The notes: generated from the sequence alone by a model not told the origin. A stretch of DNA of 64,000 nucleotides from Callorhinchus milii (GCF_018977255.1 NW_024704742.1:31188001-31252000); one strand, 5' to 3'. Shown: positions 22,990 through 37,609, numbered from the stretch's first letter. Program-made: numbers and translations.

Positions 22990-25599
22990 AAACCCTACAT
23001 TGTAACAACAAGGGGCAGAAAACTCTAGTGGGAGTAGTTTATAGACCCCCGAACAGCAGTCACAGTATCTCTCAAGGTATAAATCAGGAAATTAGCGGAG
23101 CATGTAGCAAAGGAAAAACATTAATTGTGGGTGATTTTAATCTGCACATAGATTGGGACAACCAAATTGGGAAAAGTAAGATAGAGGAAGAGTTTATAGA
23201 ATGTATTAGGGATAATTATCTAGATCAGTATGCCAAGGAACCAACCAGGGAACAGGCCACATTAGACCTTGTTTTGTGTAATGAAGCTGGGCTGATCAGC
23301 AAACTGGAACTTAAGGCTCCTCTAGGGCAAAGTGATCATAATATGATGGAATTTAGCATTAAGTTAGAGAGAGAAGTAGTTAAATCCGAGAGCAAAGGTC
23401 TTAAATTTGAGTAGAGCCAACTTTGCTGGTATGAGAGAGGATTTAGCTAAAATAAACTGGGAAATTAGACTTAAGGATTTGACAGTAGACCAGCAATGGC
23501 AGACGTTTAAGGAGATTTCCAGCGAGCATGTATTCCTTTGAGGAATAAGAAAGCCACGGGAAAGGTGGCCCAACCCTGGCTAACTAGAGCAATTAGGGAA
23601 AGTATAAAGTTAAAGGAAGAAGCCTATAAAACAGCTAAGATGAGTCGTAAACCCGAGGATTGGGAGAACTTTAGGGATCAACAAAGGAGAACCAAAAAAG
23701 TGATTAAGAGGGAGAAAATGGAATATGAGGGCAAACTAGCGAGGAACGTAAAGACAGACGGCAAGAGCTTTTACAAATATATAAAGAGGAAGAGGCTATT
23801 TAAGGAAGGATGTACTTGCCTTGGAGGGGGTGCAGCGTAGATTTACTAGGTTAGTACCAGGGATGAAGGGGATGAGTTACGAGGATACGCTGACCAATTT
23901 GGGCCTATTTTCTCAAGAATATAGAAGAATTAGAGGGGATGTTATAGAAACTATCTACTCTATCATCAAAGGGCCTGATAGAGTAGATAGTGGGAGATTG
24001 TTTCCCCTGGTTGGAGAAACTAAAACCAGGGGTCACAACCTTAAAATCAGAGGCCAGCCCTTTCGCACTGAGTTGAGGAAGAACTTCTTCACTCAAAGGG
24101 TGGTGAGTGTATGGAACTCACTATCCCAAAGGGCTGTTGACGCTCCAGTTCTTGAACATATTCAAGACTAAGATAGATATATTTCTTATTGCAAAAGGGA
24201 TTAACGGATATGGGGATAAGGCAGGGTTAGGTTATTATCTGGAGTTAGATTAGGAGGTCAGCCATGATTGAATGGCGGGGCAGGCTCGATGGCCGAATGG
24301 CCTACTCCTGCTCCTACATATTATGTCGTTATGGGATTCCTGGAAGACCATAACAAGATTAGGCAGAGTCAACATGGCTTTACAAAAGGGAAGTCATGCT
24401 TAACTAATCTTTTGGAGTTTTTTGAAGATGTATCTAGCAGGTTAGATAGGGGGGAACCAGTAGATGTATTATATTTAGATTTTAAGAAGGCATTTGACAA
24501 AGTGCCACACAGAAGGCTATTGCACAAGGTTAAACCCCACGGGATTAATGGGAACATATTAGCATGGATTGAAGAGTGGCTAACAGGTAGAAAACAGAGA
24601 GTAGGGATAAACGGGTCATTCTCGAATTGGTAGGATGTGACTAGTGGAGTGCCACAAGGATCAGTGCTTGGGCCTCAGCTATTTACAATTTACATCAATG
24701 ATCTAGACGAGGACATTGAATGTAACGTATCTAAATTCGTGGATGACACTAAACTAGATGGGAGAGTAAGCTCTGAGGATGATGCAAAAAGATTGCAATG
24801 GGATATAGATAGGCTAAGGGAGCAAAAATAGAAAAACAGATTATTTTCTAGAGGGGGAGAGATTAGATAGTGTTAGTGTTCAGAGGGATTTGGGTGTCCT
24901 TGTACACCAGTCTCAAAAAGTTAGTTTGCAGGTGCAGCAGCCAACTAAGAAGGCGAACGGCATGTTAGCATTCATTGCAAAAGGTTTAGAGTACAAGAGT
25001 AGAGAAGTCTTGCTGCAACTGTATAGGGCCTTGGTGAGACCGCACCTAGAGTATTGTGTGCAGTTTTGGTCTCCTTATTTAAAAAAGGACATACTTGCCC
25101 TAGAGGGGGTGCAGCGTAGATTCACTAGGTTAGTTCCTAGGATGGAATGACCTATGAGGATAGGTTGAATAAACTCGGGCTGTATTCTCTAGAGGACAGA
25201 AGAATTAGGGGAGATCTTATTGAAATATATAAGATTCTTAAAGGGCTGGATAAAGTAGACACTGAGGGTTTGTTTTCTCTGGTAGGAGAATCTATAACCA
25301 GGGGCCACAGTTTTAAAATTAAGGGTCAGCCTTTTAGAACAGAGTTGAGGAAACATTTCTACACTCAGAGGGTAGTGAATTTATGGAATTCACTACCCCA
25401 GAAGGCTGTAGATGCTCAGTCTTTGAACGTTTTCAAGGCTGAGACTGATAGATTTTTAAAAATTAGAGGGATTAGGGGATATCGGGATAGGGCAGGTAAT
25501 TAGAGTTAGGTCAGAAGATCAGCCACGATCTTATCGAATGGCGGGGGAGGCTCAAGGGGCCGAATGGCCTACTCCTGCTCCTAATTCTTATGTTCTTAT
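22990..25599 (+). mobile_element. Composite CR1 LINE: endonuclease region (22990-23796), inserted 3' piece (23797-24330), RT to 3' end (24331-25599)
   Basis: GVVYRPP, GDFN and SDH (APE domain); QHGF..KSCLTNL, LDFKKAFDKV and [10 protein letters not shown] (RT); two separate 3' tails. Confidence 0.92.
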
Positions 25600-28199
25600 T
25601 GTGGATGGAACTCGCTTTATGTAAAAATACTTCAGTTAAAACTTCTAATGTGAACTGAAAACCATGTTCCTGGCTTACACCAGGAAACTGAGTACATAAA
25701 GTCAGTTTATTGGGTTTTCTCTAATGGCAAGTCAACTGCGAGGAAAATGGAAGTTAGGAGCAGAACAGTGAGGAAGCTAAGTGCTTAATTTTTTATTAAC
25801 TTATCCTGGGATGTGGGCGATGCTGGCAGGGCCATGGTTTATTATTTATCCTTGGTTTACCTGCTCTGAGAAGGTGCTGGTCAGTCTTCTCTTTAAATTA
25901 GCAGTGAAGGAGCAGTGGCCTATTGACCTGATTTCTTAAGGTGCTGATTAATGCAAGGAACACCCTAAAGAATACCACAAATTCTCTCCCATTCTCTAAT
26001 GTTTTCACCCACAAAACACACACAGTCACACCACTTACCAATAATATCTTGTGAAGAGTTTTGAGATGTCTCGATGATGTCATAAGGCATATCAAATGCA
26101 AGGATAATTATTATTATTATAATCTGTTACCAACTTGACAGTGGATTAAATATGGCCTGGACATTATCAAATAAAAACAGAATGCCATTGCTTTAAACAA
26201 AATTCTGTTCTCACTGTCAGATGTACAGGCATTTAGATACAGAGTGCATGAGAGTCGGGGCTTTTGTAACAATGAGCCCTTTCAGGTTTCGTAAAAGTAA
26301 TATTTAAAGCTGTTGTTCTGAACCCTTGCCAAATCCAGCACGGCAACTTATCTCTGTTTCAATAGCTGTCTGTTTGTTCATCAAGTTTATTAGATTGCCG
26401 GTATTTTCTGAACGGGATCTGTTTAAAATGGTGCTTAAGTACACAATGGAATTAGAGGCACAAATTACTAAATAGGTTTTATAATAAATTATTTTGTTGA
26501 GAGGCCACTTTATAAAACCCTATATTTAAAAATCGCAATACAGTGGGATCAATCTCTTAATGTAAACTGTCAATAAAAATAGCCCAATGCCTTTCTCTTA
26601 ACAATATAACCGTTTTTTTTCTCAAGCCTTTATTTTGAAATGAGCCATTTTAAAACAAGCAGAAACATTCAGAAAAAGAATGGAACTGGTATGTGCAGAG
26701 AGAAACGTCTCAACTTTAATATTTAGATTGTTTCCTTTTGTTCTATATTTCCCAACTGGAAGGAATTGCTGAAAACCATGCACTTTGCAAGTTCTCTACA
26801 TTATCTTGAACATTTCAGTCCTATGGGGTATAAGGAAAGGGCAGGTAAGTGGGACTGAAAGGATTGCTCTTAAAAGAACCAGCACAGACACGACAGGCTG
26901 AATGGCCTTCACCTGTGCTGTAAATTTCTACAGTTCTATGGATATTCACAAAATCCTGTTATCTTGTTTTTTTTAAACAGTGCACTGACCAACAACTGAA
27001 ACATGTGGAAGAATGATGATAATTGTATTTGGAAGTACTGTACTTAATTGTGTTAAGTGCAAATGCTTAACTGTATTAAGAAGTCCAGAGGATCAGCGTG
27101 TGTGAGCTTTCGTGGCAGATAATGATCGATCGCCATGTTCGGTGTGACATCTTCTGTAACATGGATGGAGTGACAAGGATATTACTGGTATCAGACGTTG
27201 TTACACTCGACTCATCTCCAACAGCAAATAAAAATTCATTTTAGGAAAAGAAACATGGTGGGTNGGGGGGGGGGTAACCGGTCTTTGTGAAACCCTCTTT
27301 AACCTCTTTAATGCTACCCAGAGTTACTTGCTGACGACTCTTGAAGCATGGCTTCAAGTCAGAGAGCATATAGTAGGAGTTGGCTGGTGACCAGATCCTA
27401 AGAACTGCTTCCTATAGCTCCAGCACTCTCACTGCGATCAATGAGCTCTCAGCCACTACCAAACTGAGCCGAGAGCTTTGATATCTCTTCACCATACATT
27501 GCCTTCGCACACATATGAACACCCCCCACCCCCTCCCTCACCGTGTCCCAAGTTAAATCTTATGCAGTGGATAATCTGGAGATGAGCAATGGCCAGGACT
27601 GTTCATGACACACACAGGAGGAGGTGGTGAGACTCCCGCTTTAAAAGGCTGTCATGATGGTGAGCTCTGTCTCCAAAGGGTGTGCATTTCATTCAGTGCA
27701 GGACTTTCAATGCATTTCTCATGCTCTCTCCAAATGAAAGTTCTGAATTAGGGCCAATTTGTGTCAGATCTGAGTTCTGGTTGATATTTAGTGCTTGCCT
27801 TCAGTGGCAGGTAGCGAGCACCCGTCACGTTTCCTGATTGACAGGGAAAGCTTTTGCTTCCCGGAGATGCTGAACAGCAGCTGCTGCCTGCTGTCAGCTT
27901 TTAAGCCCTGAATTTCAGTGGATCGAGGTGGAGCTGAACCTCAGCAACAGCTTCCTAACCCTCACCCGACAGAAGAAAGTGGGTTAGTGGGGAGGGGGTG
28001 GGGGGGGGGGGGGTTTCACTCCCAAACCAGTCGATAATTAAAGGCTTGGATTGCACTTTTGGTGCTAGAAACAATTCCCCATTGGTCACTCACTCTATGG
28101 TTATTTGTGAGACATCGCTGTGTGCAAATTGGCTGCTGCATTCACCTACAAAAATGCAGCAAATCAGGCAACCCCACTATTCCCACCCGTGATCAACTA

Positions 28200-28625
28200 G
28201 ATAATCATCCATGAATCTGGTATAGCACCTATAACATCGGAACATCTCAAAGCACATTGCAGCAATTTGCTTAGGCGCAGTGACTGTATATTTGTGGGCA
28301 AATGAGGCAGTCAATTTGTCTACAACAATATCCTCACAAACAGCCATGAAGTGATTGACTAATTTTGTCTGCAGGATCATTGTTGGGCTATGTCACCAGG
28401 TGAAACTCCCTTCTCTTTTCAAGTGGTGCTATGGATTCTTAAACATCTACCTGAACAAGACTTGAGTGACTCACATGAAGGTTGGCAATTCCACTTGATG
28501 CAGTAGTTTCCCAATACTGTACTTGAATGTCAACTTAGATCATGAGCTCAAAGTCCCCTAGACAGGCCTTGAACCCACAACCTTTGACCCAGATATGGGA
28601 GTTCTACTGAGTTAAACTGACCAAC
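28200..28625 (-). mobile_element. Old Deu-domain-type SINE
   Basis: Reverse tail, core and tRNA-like head (cttgaacccacaacct). Confidence 0.7.
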
Positions 28626-30289
28626 TAACTCGAAAGACACCAGGGAATACTTGGAACATTGCTGGCCGCTGTGGGCAACATCTTTAACAACTAAGTCATC
28701 GGTGGAACATAAATACAATAATAATAATAATCTTTACAGTTTGCATAATGCCTTTCATGTCGGGAGCGTTTCTCAAAACTCTTCACAGGAGTATACTGTA
28801 GCGTGTAGTCACTGTATTATGTAGGCAAATGCAGCAGCGAATTTGCACTGTAGAACTGGCACTTATCACATTCAGAAGACTTACTTGTTACGCTCAGGCA
28901 TTTTGGAAGGAAATTCACATTTTGAACATTGACATTAATTAGCAAGTAGGAGCATAGTTACTTTTTGGCCTAAGTAAAGTTTCCTGGGTCGTGTGACAAT
29001 GAACAGCTCATTTTCGACATCTCCTATTTGCATAGTCTAAGAGTAGGTCAGCTATAATTGGTCTTTATTGATTTTATTTTGATTGAGCTAAAATAGAGTC
29101 AGGACTTCTTAAGGTAAAGAACGATTGATTTGTGGTGGGATTGCAGACTATTCAATTCAGAAAATAATTATGTACTTATTTGGTTATCACCAGAGTTCAA
29201 ATTTATTCCTTCAATGCAATTACATTATACATGCAAGAACCCAAACCAAAGGCTAGTGTAAAAACAAGTGGCACGGAATGAGCTGCCGACTCCGATCACT
29301 CCCTTCTAGACACTCAGAGTTGCTGTCCACCACTTCCAGTAGAGGAGCTGGTGAGGCCATTCAATGAGAGAGACCTCTTATTTCCCAGATCATTGGGAAC
29401 ATTCAGAGGCCATTCAGCCCATTGAGCACATTACATTTATTGGGGTGAAAATGCAATGTTTCATAACAAATTCAATCACGCATTCAATTAAGTTTCATAA
29501 AATCTGTTATTGCATTTTTCACCACAATTGTACCTGGAAAGCCAATTCTTTGGGGGAGTTTGTTTTAACTTGGCTGGGGTAAAGGTAGAAACCATTTACC
29601 CCCCAAAAAGACACACTGATGCTCTAGAGGGCGCCCTTATGAGTTTGAGGCAAGGCATCTTATTGGGGACAATGTAGGCTGATCTTTACTCTGTTTTTGG
29701 ACAATGTATTTTCATTTTCCGACGTTAGCAGAGTCAGAGAGTTGTTGGGATGTGGAAAGCCCTCTGGGAGTGGTGGGGCAACAGGATCCATATTAGCTTT
29801 CCTGCCAGAGCTATGAGTCAAAGGAGTGCAGGATCTACAGTAATAATGAAATAACACAGCTTTGTAGGTGTTGAAAAGCCGTAACGCACTGACTCTGCAT
29901 TTTTCCGTGTAAATCAATAAACTGCAGGATGTGTTACATTTTTAGCTGAACTGCACAAAATAAATTCTCAACAGATTATATACCAGTATTTAACATACAA
30001 TTTAAAATGAGTTTGAAAAAAGCCAAGGTGCTAATCCAATAACAGTGTAATTCTATCTAATCCATTCTCCTGGAAAACACAGGGCCCAAGCAATTGCACT
30101 GTTCTTACCAGCATAGTTGCTCTGTGCGGTGCTTGCAACCCATGTACAATTTTCTTTAAATATCACATCTACCTTTCCTTACTTTATGTAGTTCTCTTCA
30201 AAAATGCTTACAGTGTCTGCATTTTCACAGGAACTTAAAGAGATTAAGACACATTAATAGCTTTCATGAGTTACAATACACAAGCAATG

Positions 30290-30645
30290 TTGGGACTTTG
30301 AGCTCACAGTCCAGGTTCACATTGCAGTACAATGCTGGGGTAGCACTATATTATCCAAGGTGCCGTGCTTTAGATTAGACATGAAACCAAGGTCCCATCT
30401 GTGTATGTTAAAGATCCCACGGCACTATTTAAAAAGAGAAGGGAATTTCTCCCAGTGTCCTGGCCAACAATCCCCCAAATAAATTAGATTTTTCACTTCA
30501 TGGCTACTTGGGGGATATTGCTGTGTGCAAATTAGTTTCTGCATTTGCCTACAAATACACAGTCACTGCTCTCTCTAATCCCGTGAAGCACTTTGTGATG
30601 CCTTAACAACGTGTTAAGATGCAATATCAAGTGCAAGGATGATTA
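30290..30645 (+). mobile_element. Old Deu-domain-type SINE
   Basis: aaagatcccacggcactattt...gtgtcctggccaac...gctgtgtgcaaatt core. Confidence 0.75.
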
Positions 30646-31179
30646 AAATAAAACTTAAAACATCTATGCAGCAGTGTGAGAGGAGTTCCAAAGCAGGACT
30701 TTGTGATGGGCTCTCAGTGTGGAGAGAACTCGAGTATGAAGACTATCAAAGACTATCTCAGCTTCAGTGCACACTCCTTTCTAATTTCAGCATTCCTGTA
30801 GCTGTTTGATTGTGGACAGATTGAATCTTGTTTTAGGTGTGTTGATTTTAGTTGCTTGGAGAACCTTCATTTCGGATGGCAAAACACAAACACAATTGGC
30901 TTTCTGAGATATATGTGCAATTTCAAATCCGTTTGTGTTCCTCTGCCCGCAAACATAGAAACCTGTTGACATTTTGGAGCAAAATAACTAAAGTTTGCAG
31001 TGGTTTGTGATGTTAATTAACACAATGAAGACGTTATCAAGCACCGCAGAATTAATTCCTTCGATTTATGCCAGTTGGTCAATCAGACAATGCTCTCCAT
31101 GCTGATTCTGATCCCACCGGCTGCCACAAATGAGACTTCAAACCGAATTTCTATGTTCTTGTTCAGGTGGGCATGTATA

Positions 31180-31650
31180 TCACCTTGGTTCAGTTAGTAG
31201 CACTCTCACTTCTGAGTCAGAAGGTTGTGGGTTTAAGCCCCTCGAAGCGCTCTGAGACGCTGCCCCTTGTGAAGGGTGCTATATAAATGCAAGTTGTTGT
31301 TGTTTGTTGTTGTCAGGACTTGGAATCACATAGTCTAAGATGACAGTACTGGGGTGTGCCGCAGTGTCAGGGGTGCAGTTCTTCATGTTAAATTGAGGTC
31401 CTGTCTGCCTGTGCAGGTGGCACTATTCGAAAAAGAGAAGGGAAGTTTCTCCCCGTGTCTTGGCCAACAATCCCCCAAAAGAAATTGGTCACTCACTCCA
31501 TGGCTGTTTATGGAACATTGCTGGGCGCAAATTGGCTGCTGCGTTCACCTACAAATACACAGTCACTCCACTTCTCAGAAAACTCTGAAGTGTTCTGAGA
31601 TGTATTGACATGATATGGTCAAATGCAAAGATTTTTATTATCATTATTAA
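31180..31650 (+). mobile_element. Old Deu-domain-type SINE with an L2 tail fragment inserted at about 31244-31312
   Basis: Head gcactctcacttctgagtcagaaggttgtgggtt, core and tail; the nested tail ends in (TTG)n. Confidence 0.75.
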
Positions 31651-33379
31651 AAATTCACAGATGCCACACAGAGCACTGTAGTACACAATGAATGTCTGTC
31701 TATTTTACAGCCTCTCTGCTTGTTTCATATGACGGAGCTGGAGTAAACAGCTGCTCTGACCTGCTTGAAGGCTGGTAAAACTGTAAGGATATTTTATTTA
31801 GAAATGTTAAACACATTTTATGAAATCACAGCAAACTTTATAAAATCCAATGTACGGTCCATTAAAATAAAATTACATTAAAATTATGATTAATTAGATT
31901 AAACTTATGAAACTGTGTATTAGTTGCATCAGAAAAAATGGAATGATGGATGAGGAAACCCAGTGATAAATGAAGAAAGCGGCCGGACTAAATTGAATGT
32001 GTATTCATCCGTTTTCCCTTCATAAGTAATGATAAATTGAGCATGTCACATTTAACAATAGACGTCTGGGTTTAAATACAATCTCCACTTCTGGTTTCTA
32101 ATGTGCAGTGGCAGGGAATTCAGTTTTGTGTCTGTGTGACCGAGAGACTCAAACTCTTCGCAAATGTAAAGTTTTCACTGATCTCCCTCCCTGCCCACCC
32201 CCAATACACACAAAGCACACTCATGCAATCAGGGAAGCTCTCTGGGTGGCTGCTATCCATATATGATGGTCCCCAATGGGTTAAAGCGGTCTTTTAGAAG
32301 GTAACGGGGTATTTTTCTTTGCTTAACAATATGTTTACTGACCCTGTGTCAGAGTGCGCACACAATGGATAATATCCAGTGTTAACCAACACATCAACAA
32401 GGTTGGTAAATTGTCTGACAAGTGAAAAATAATCCCTCATCGTGTGAGATCAGGGCAAACAAAATACTGTAGTAAAGTAGTAACGTAACAGTCTGTCTAT
32501 TCAGGATGGACATTAAAGATCACATGGCGCTATTTGAAAATGTCTTTCTATTTCTCCCAATAGCCTGGCCATCAAGACCCTCATTCACTTTATAGCTGCT
32601 CGTGAGACACTGCTGTGCACAAATTGGTTTGCCTCCAAAATACACGGCCCCTACACTTTCCTGTGAATTTGCTGTTGTTGTTGAATCCTGTGAAGCGCTT
32701 TCAGATATCCTCCCATTCAAGAATGAATCAGAGTAGATACAATTTCTGTCTGCAGAGGTTCACTGAAAGCCTCGTCTTATGTTCACCTCTCTCTGTGTAA
32801 CATCAGTAGATCGTTTGTTTGCAATACTGTACCATCAAGATACAAACTACAGCTGGCTGATCTGTTCTCTGTTTCTCAGTAGCTTCCCTAAGTCAAATAT
32901 AGCCTTAATTTTAGAATAATAGAGCAAAGTGCGACAGATATAATTGTACACAGTATTACAATCACATTGCTAGAATGTGATTCTATGCACTGCTATAATG
33001 TACACTTTTTATCATCTAATCCTACACAAATACACTTTTAATAATAACAGTAGGAACCCTTGCATTCATTTACATAACGGCTATCACGCTTCACAGGAGA
33101 TTACAATAAAAAGGCTATGCATTTATAGGCAAACGTGGCAGGCAATTTATGGGACAGCAACATCCCAGAAATCAAGATCCCATCTAATCTTGAATGTTCA
33201 CCTGGCAGACGGACCTCTATTTAAAAAGGCGTCATCTCTAACAATGCAGGATTATTATTTATAGAATTCTATACAGCGTTAAATTGTTACATTTATGTAC
33301 AATTTTAAAGTCTTGCACTTCTACAAATGGTTCAGTATTTTTAGACTAGGTTTTTGTAAAATGTTAGATGGAGTTTTTT

Positions 33380-33810
33380 TAATATAAGAAACTCGGATAT
33401 GAGTAATATCCCACAAACAGCCCATGAAGTGAATGACCAATTTTATCTGGGGGATTGTTGGCTGGGACACCAGGGGAGACTTTATTTTTTTTCTCTGTTC
33501 AAATTGTCCTTTGAATAAGACATTAAACCGAGGTCTTGCCTGCCTGTTCAGGCAGATGTTTGAAAATCCCATGGTACTACTCGGAAAGAGAAGAGAGTTT
33601 CTCCTGGTGTCTTGGCAACAATCCTCCATATATATAATTGATCACTCAATCCATGACTTGGTGGGACACAGCTATGCGCAATTGGCTGCTGTGTTTCACC
33701 CATAAAATACACAGTCAATTCATTTTACAATATATTTTATGAAGAGTTGTCGGACATCTCGAAGTGATAAAGCACTGTATCAAATGAAAGGATTATCATT
33801 ATCATTATTA
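33380..33810. mobile_element. Deu-type SINE fragments, minus piece followed by plus piece
   Basis: Core motifs present in both orientations. Confidence 0.65.
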
Positions 33811-35369
33811 TAAATAGAGCTATTGGTTCTTTAACATCCACCTGAACAGACTGGCAGAAATTTGGTTCAACGTCTTATCTGGAGGACAGCCTCTCCAACA
33901 ATGTAGTAAACCCCCAGCAGTGCACTAGTTAGCCTAGACTGTGAAATCCGCCAGAGGGTGACACATGCACAAAATCCACAAAGAAAAAAAGGAAAAAGAG
34001 GAGTGGAGCATCAACCTACACTTGTGAGTTTGTACATGGGCTTCACAACCTGCAGACTGATAGGCAAGATTACTACCAACTAAGCCTGGCTGACACCTGG
34101 TGGAAATCAATGGGAAAGGGGAAGAGGAGAGGGAATTAGAGAACATGTAAATTGGTAAATGAAGAAAGAATTCATATTCAATTCATGGCTATTTGTTGGT
34201 GAACCCAGTGCCAAAATGGCTGCTGGATTCGGCTATAAAACAGACTCACTCTACAGCAAATCCTGTGAAGTTTTGATCGTGTGGTAAGCTGTATATCAAA
34301 TGCAAGGATTATTATTTTGTTATTAAGAATATGGGAGGAGGAGAAAATGAGAAATTTCACATCAGAAGCAAAAGTTCCTTTTGTTTAACCCAATTCTATA
34401 TTTTAAAGGCAGCCTCAAATCCTTATTTCTGACACAAATATAACCCTGAGCATTCAGCCTGGAGTTTTTCATGGGTCTCAGATACTTTAAGGCATAAAAA
34501 CATATGTTTATGCTGCGAGTCTGGAATGAAGCCATTTATATTAAATGCAATAGGAGGTGTTTCTGGGAGATTCTTAAATAATATATTTATTTCATTTGTA
34601 TTTTGACGTGCTGCTAAAATACAGAAATCCATTTTGTCTGTCATTATCTAAAATGGGTCCCCGCTGTTAAATCTATTTCAGAAGCTATTTCTAGACGGCG
34701 AAATAAACAGGGTTTAGCCTGACTGTATCATCACCTAGTAGAAGGCCTGTTTGGTGAATTACAGGATTTAAGTTGGATTTAATGCAAAATCCATTGCATC
34801 GCAGCTTGAAATCTTCGAAAAGGCCTTTTACTCATCCTGCAGATTCATCTATGCACACTGAGTCCCCAGGGAACAGTTTGAAAATGGTATTCTTACCATC
34901 CAGGTGGTTATTAGTCCCTCCTTCTAATAACAGTGTTCTAGCTGCTTGGAAAGTGCTTTTTAATGCTGGAGATGTACTTCAGCACTGCCACTCGGGTCAC
35001 TCCTCCAGTCACATTTTATAGTATTGATTAAAGTTTAGTACTATAAATGTTAGTTTTAATGGGACCAGGCAACCGTTGCAGAAAGCCAAAGCCTGTGGAA
35101 AATATGTCAAACAGATCTTCACAATCTAAGGCAATGATTATTTAAATACATCCCTGCTTTTTTTTTTGAGATGCTTGATAATGAGGTCATTTCTCTTTTT
35201 AAAGATGCCCTCCTGTCTCTATATGAATTTCTGGCTGTTTCGAACTTAATATCCATTTGCTATTATGCAGGAAGCGATGAAAGAGTGAAAACCTTGCATC
35301 GCTATAGAAATACACGCTAGGAAGCATCAAGCTACAATAGTGCCTACGGAACTCTGCAACATTTGAGGG

Positions 35370-35820
35370 ATGAAGCCATAACAATAATTATAGTGCCTTA
35401 TCCTCTCGATATATATATTGTTAATATCATCGAAATGTTTCAAAGTGCTTCAAAGGATTTACTGAATAGGGACTGTGTCTTTTGTAGGCAAACATGGCAG
35501 CCAATTTGCACACAGCAGTGTCTGACAAACAGCCATGAAGTGAAGCCTTGACCAAATTTAACCTGGAGGATTTTGGGGTTTTGGGACAACAGGAGAAACT
35601 CCCTTTCTTTACGATTAGTGCCTCGCAGTCTTTAACAGGCAGATAGGACCTCGGTTTGAAGTCTCGACCAAAGGACAGCACCTCTGATAATGCAAACATG
35701 GCTAGCATTTTATCGAAGTGTCAGTCTAGACTGTGATTTAAAAGTCTCAATGTGGGCCTTAAACCCACGACTTTTTGGTCTTACAGACAAAGACGCTACC
35801 ATTTGAACCAGGCTGACACA
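35370..35820 (-). mobile_element. Old Deu-domain-type SINE
   Basis: gcagccaatttgcacacagcag core and reversed head. Confidence 0.7.
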
Positions 35821-36634
35821 CCATGAATATGTTTTGGGGAATGTACTTAAGAGATGAATATAGCATAGTCTGTGTTACACGATTTTCATTTTTACCAGCA
35901 AGTCACCAGTGAAACAACAACAACAACAAAATTACATTTATAGAGCGCTTTTCACGTCGGGAGGATGTCCCAAGGCGCTGGACAGTCAGGGGTGTGGAAA
36001 GAATAGTAACTGGGTCACGAGAAGGTTCACAACATGTAATGGATGTAAGGATAGAGGAGCGGATGTTCTGGGGGTTTGAAATTGGATGGGTTAAAGGGTC
36101 TTCTTCATCCACACTACTTGGAGTTAATATCAGCCGCATCACCTCTGGGAATCCATGTTTTTTAACAGCTCCCAGAAGGATGATCACCTGAATCTTTCAA
36201 TGTGTTGTAGTTTCAAACAAACTATTATTCCACTTGTGATCCATTCGAAACCTATTTTCTCTCCTTATTCCGATCCTTTGAAAAGGGAGTTTCTTACGGT
36301 ATCCTGGCCAACACTTCCCTAAATAAATAGTCACTCAATGCATGGCTGTTTGTGGGACACAGCTGTGCGCAAATTGGCTGCCACGTTTGACCACAAAATA
36401 GGCAACTTTACACACCACTTTACAGTATATCCTGTGAAGCACTTTGAGACGTCTTGATGACATGATCAGGCACTATATCAAAATCAAGGCTTCTGCTTAT
36501 TCTTCTTCAAGTATTTATAACACAATGAGTGACCCGATTCCCACTGGTTGGGATTTGTTGAGCCACTCCTCCCTGCCTTTCCAAGTGGAGCCATTGAGAT
36601 CAGGAGCTCAGCACGAGCACAAACCACTCAATAC

Positions 36635-36937
36635 TGGAGTCCTGTAGCTCAGTAATTAGAGCACTCGCTTTGCAAGCGAGAGACATGGGTTCGATTCCCA
36701 GCAGGGTGAAAACTTGGGCAAGTTTCCTTACTCCACACGCCTGATAATAATCTCTCAAGAAAAAAATAATAAATTGGTCACTCAATCTACGACTGTTTGT
36801 GGGACACTGCTGTGCGCAATTGGCTGCCGCATTTCACCCACAAATATACAGTCAATTCACTTTACAGTCTATTCTGTGAAGCGCTTTGAGACATCTAGAA
36901 GACATGAAAAGCGTTATATCAAATGCAAGGATTATTA
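36635..36937 (+). mobile_element. tRNA(Ala)-like SINE, short variant, near full length
   Basis: A-box tagctcagt, B-box ggttcgattcc, TGC at the anticodon-equivalent position, core and tail. Confidence 0.9.
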
Positions 36938-37609
36938 TACTGTCACTGAATAGGGCAAGTTGCAATAATAGAATAGAAATATTGTAACATAGAAATTTAC
37001 AGCATAGAAGGAAGTTATTCGGCCTACGGTGTCAATAATAATAATAACCACAATCCTTGCATTTGATTTAACACCTTATCACTTCAAAATCTCTCAATGT
37101 ACTTCACAGTAAATACGGTTCAGTGTAGTGATTGTGTATTTGGCAGGTCCCTCACTTCAGAAAGTAAATAGCGTACCTTGTATTTAATATCAGAATAATT
37201 TCCTTTAAAGTCAGTTATTTGACCTAATCTTAGAAACAAAGATCTGAATTACCGCACATCTGCTAGAAAAATTAATAGTGAGCACCAGCTTGTGTTGGTG
37301 TAAAGATAGCACACCAAGGCACTCTTTGCGCTGATAACCCTATAAGGACGTGTCTTAAATCTTGATGGACTTCAACGTGTCAAATGTTCTCCTCAACATC
37401 TGTACCTATTCAGTATTCAATAAAGTGTTGAGAAAACGAGAGATAAACATCCCGTTTTGATGCCTATGAAGTGAATATTTTTTGGGGCAGTGTTTCAACT
37501 ATGTAAAAGACTGAAATATGAAATAGTCACTACAATTGGCAATAAAATTTCCTTGAGACATTTCAATCTGCTAACGGACCATAAAAACATACAACCTTTA
37601 AGTTCTTAC

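Noticed and set aside
23028..25503. Endonuclease plus RT ORF cluster as an active element or a retron-like system
   Set aside because: Ordinary CR1 ORF2 broken by stops, frameshifts and deletions.
27259..27275. G-run containing an N (another N at 51616)
   Set aside because: Ambiguous base calls beside homopolymers, not biology.
35903..36187. Minus-strand 94-aa ORF with a possible splice acceptor
   Set aside because: No recognisable protein family, it ends in an L2 tail, and no partner exons were found.
36635..36710. SINE heads as functional tRNA-Ala genes (also at 54735-54806 and 59713-59785)
   Set aside because: They continue directly into SINE bodies and lack a proper acceptor stem and Pol III terminator.
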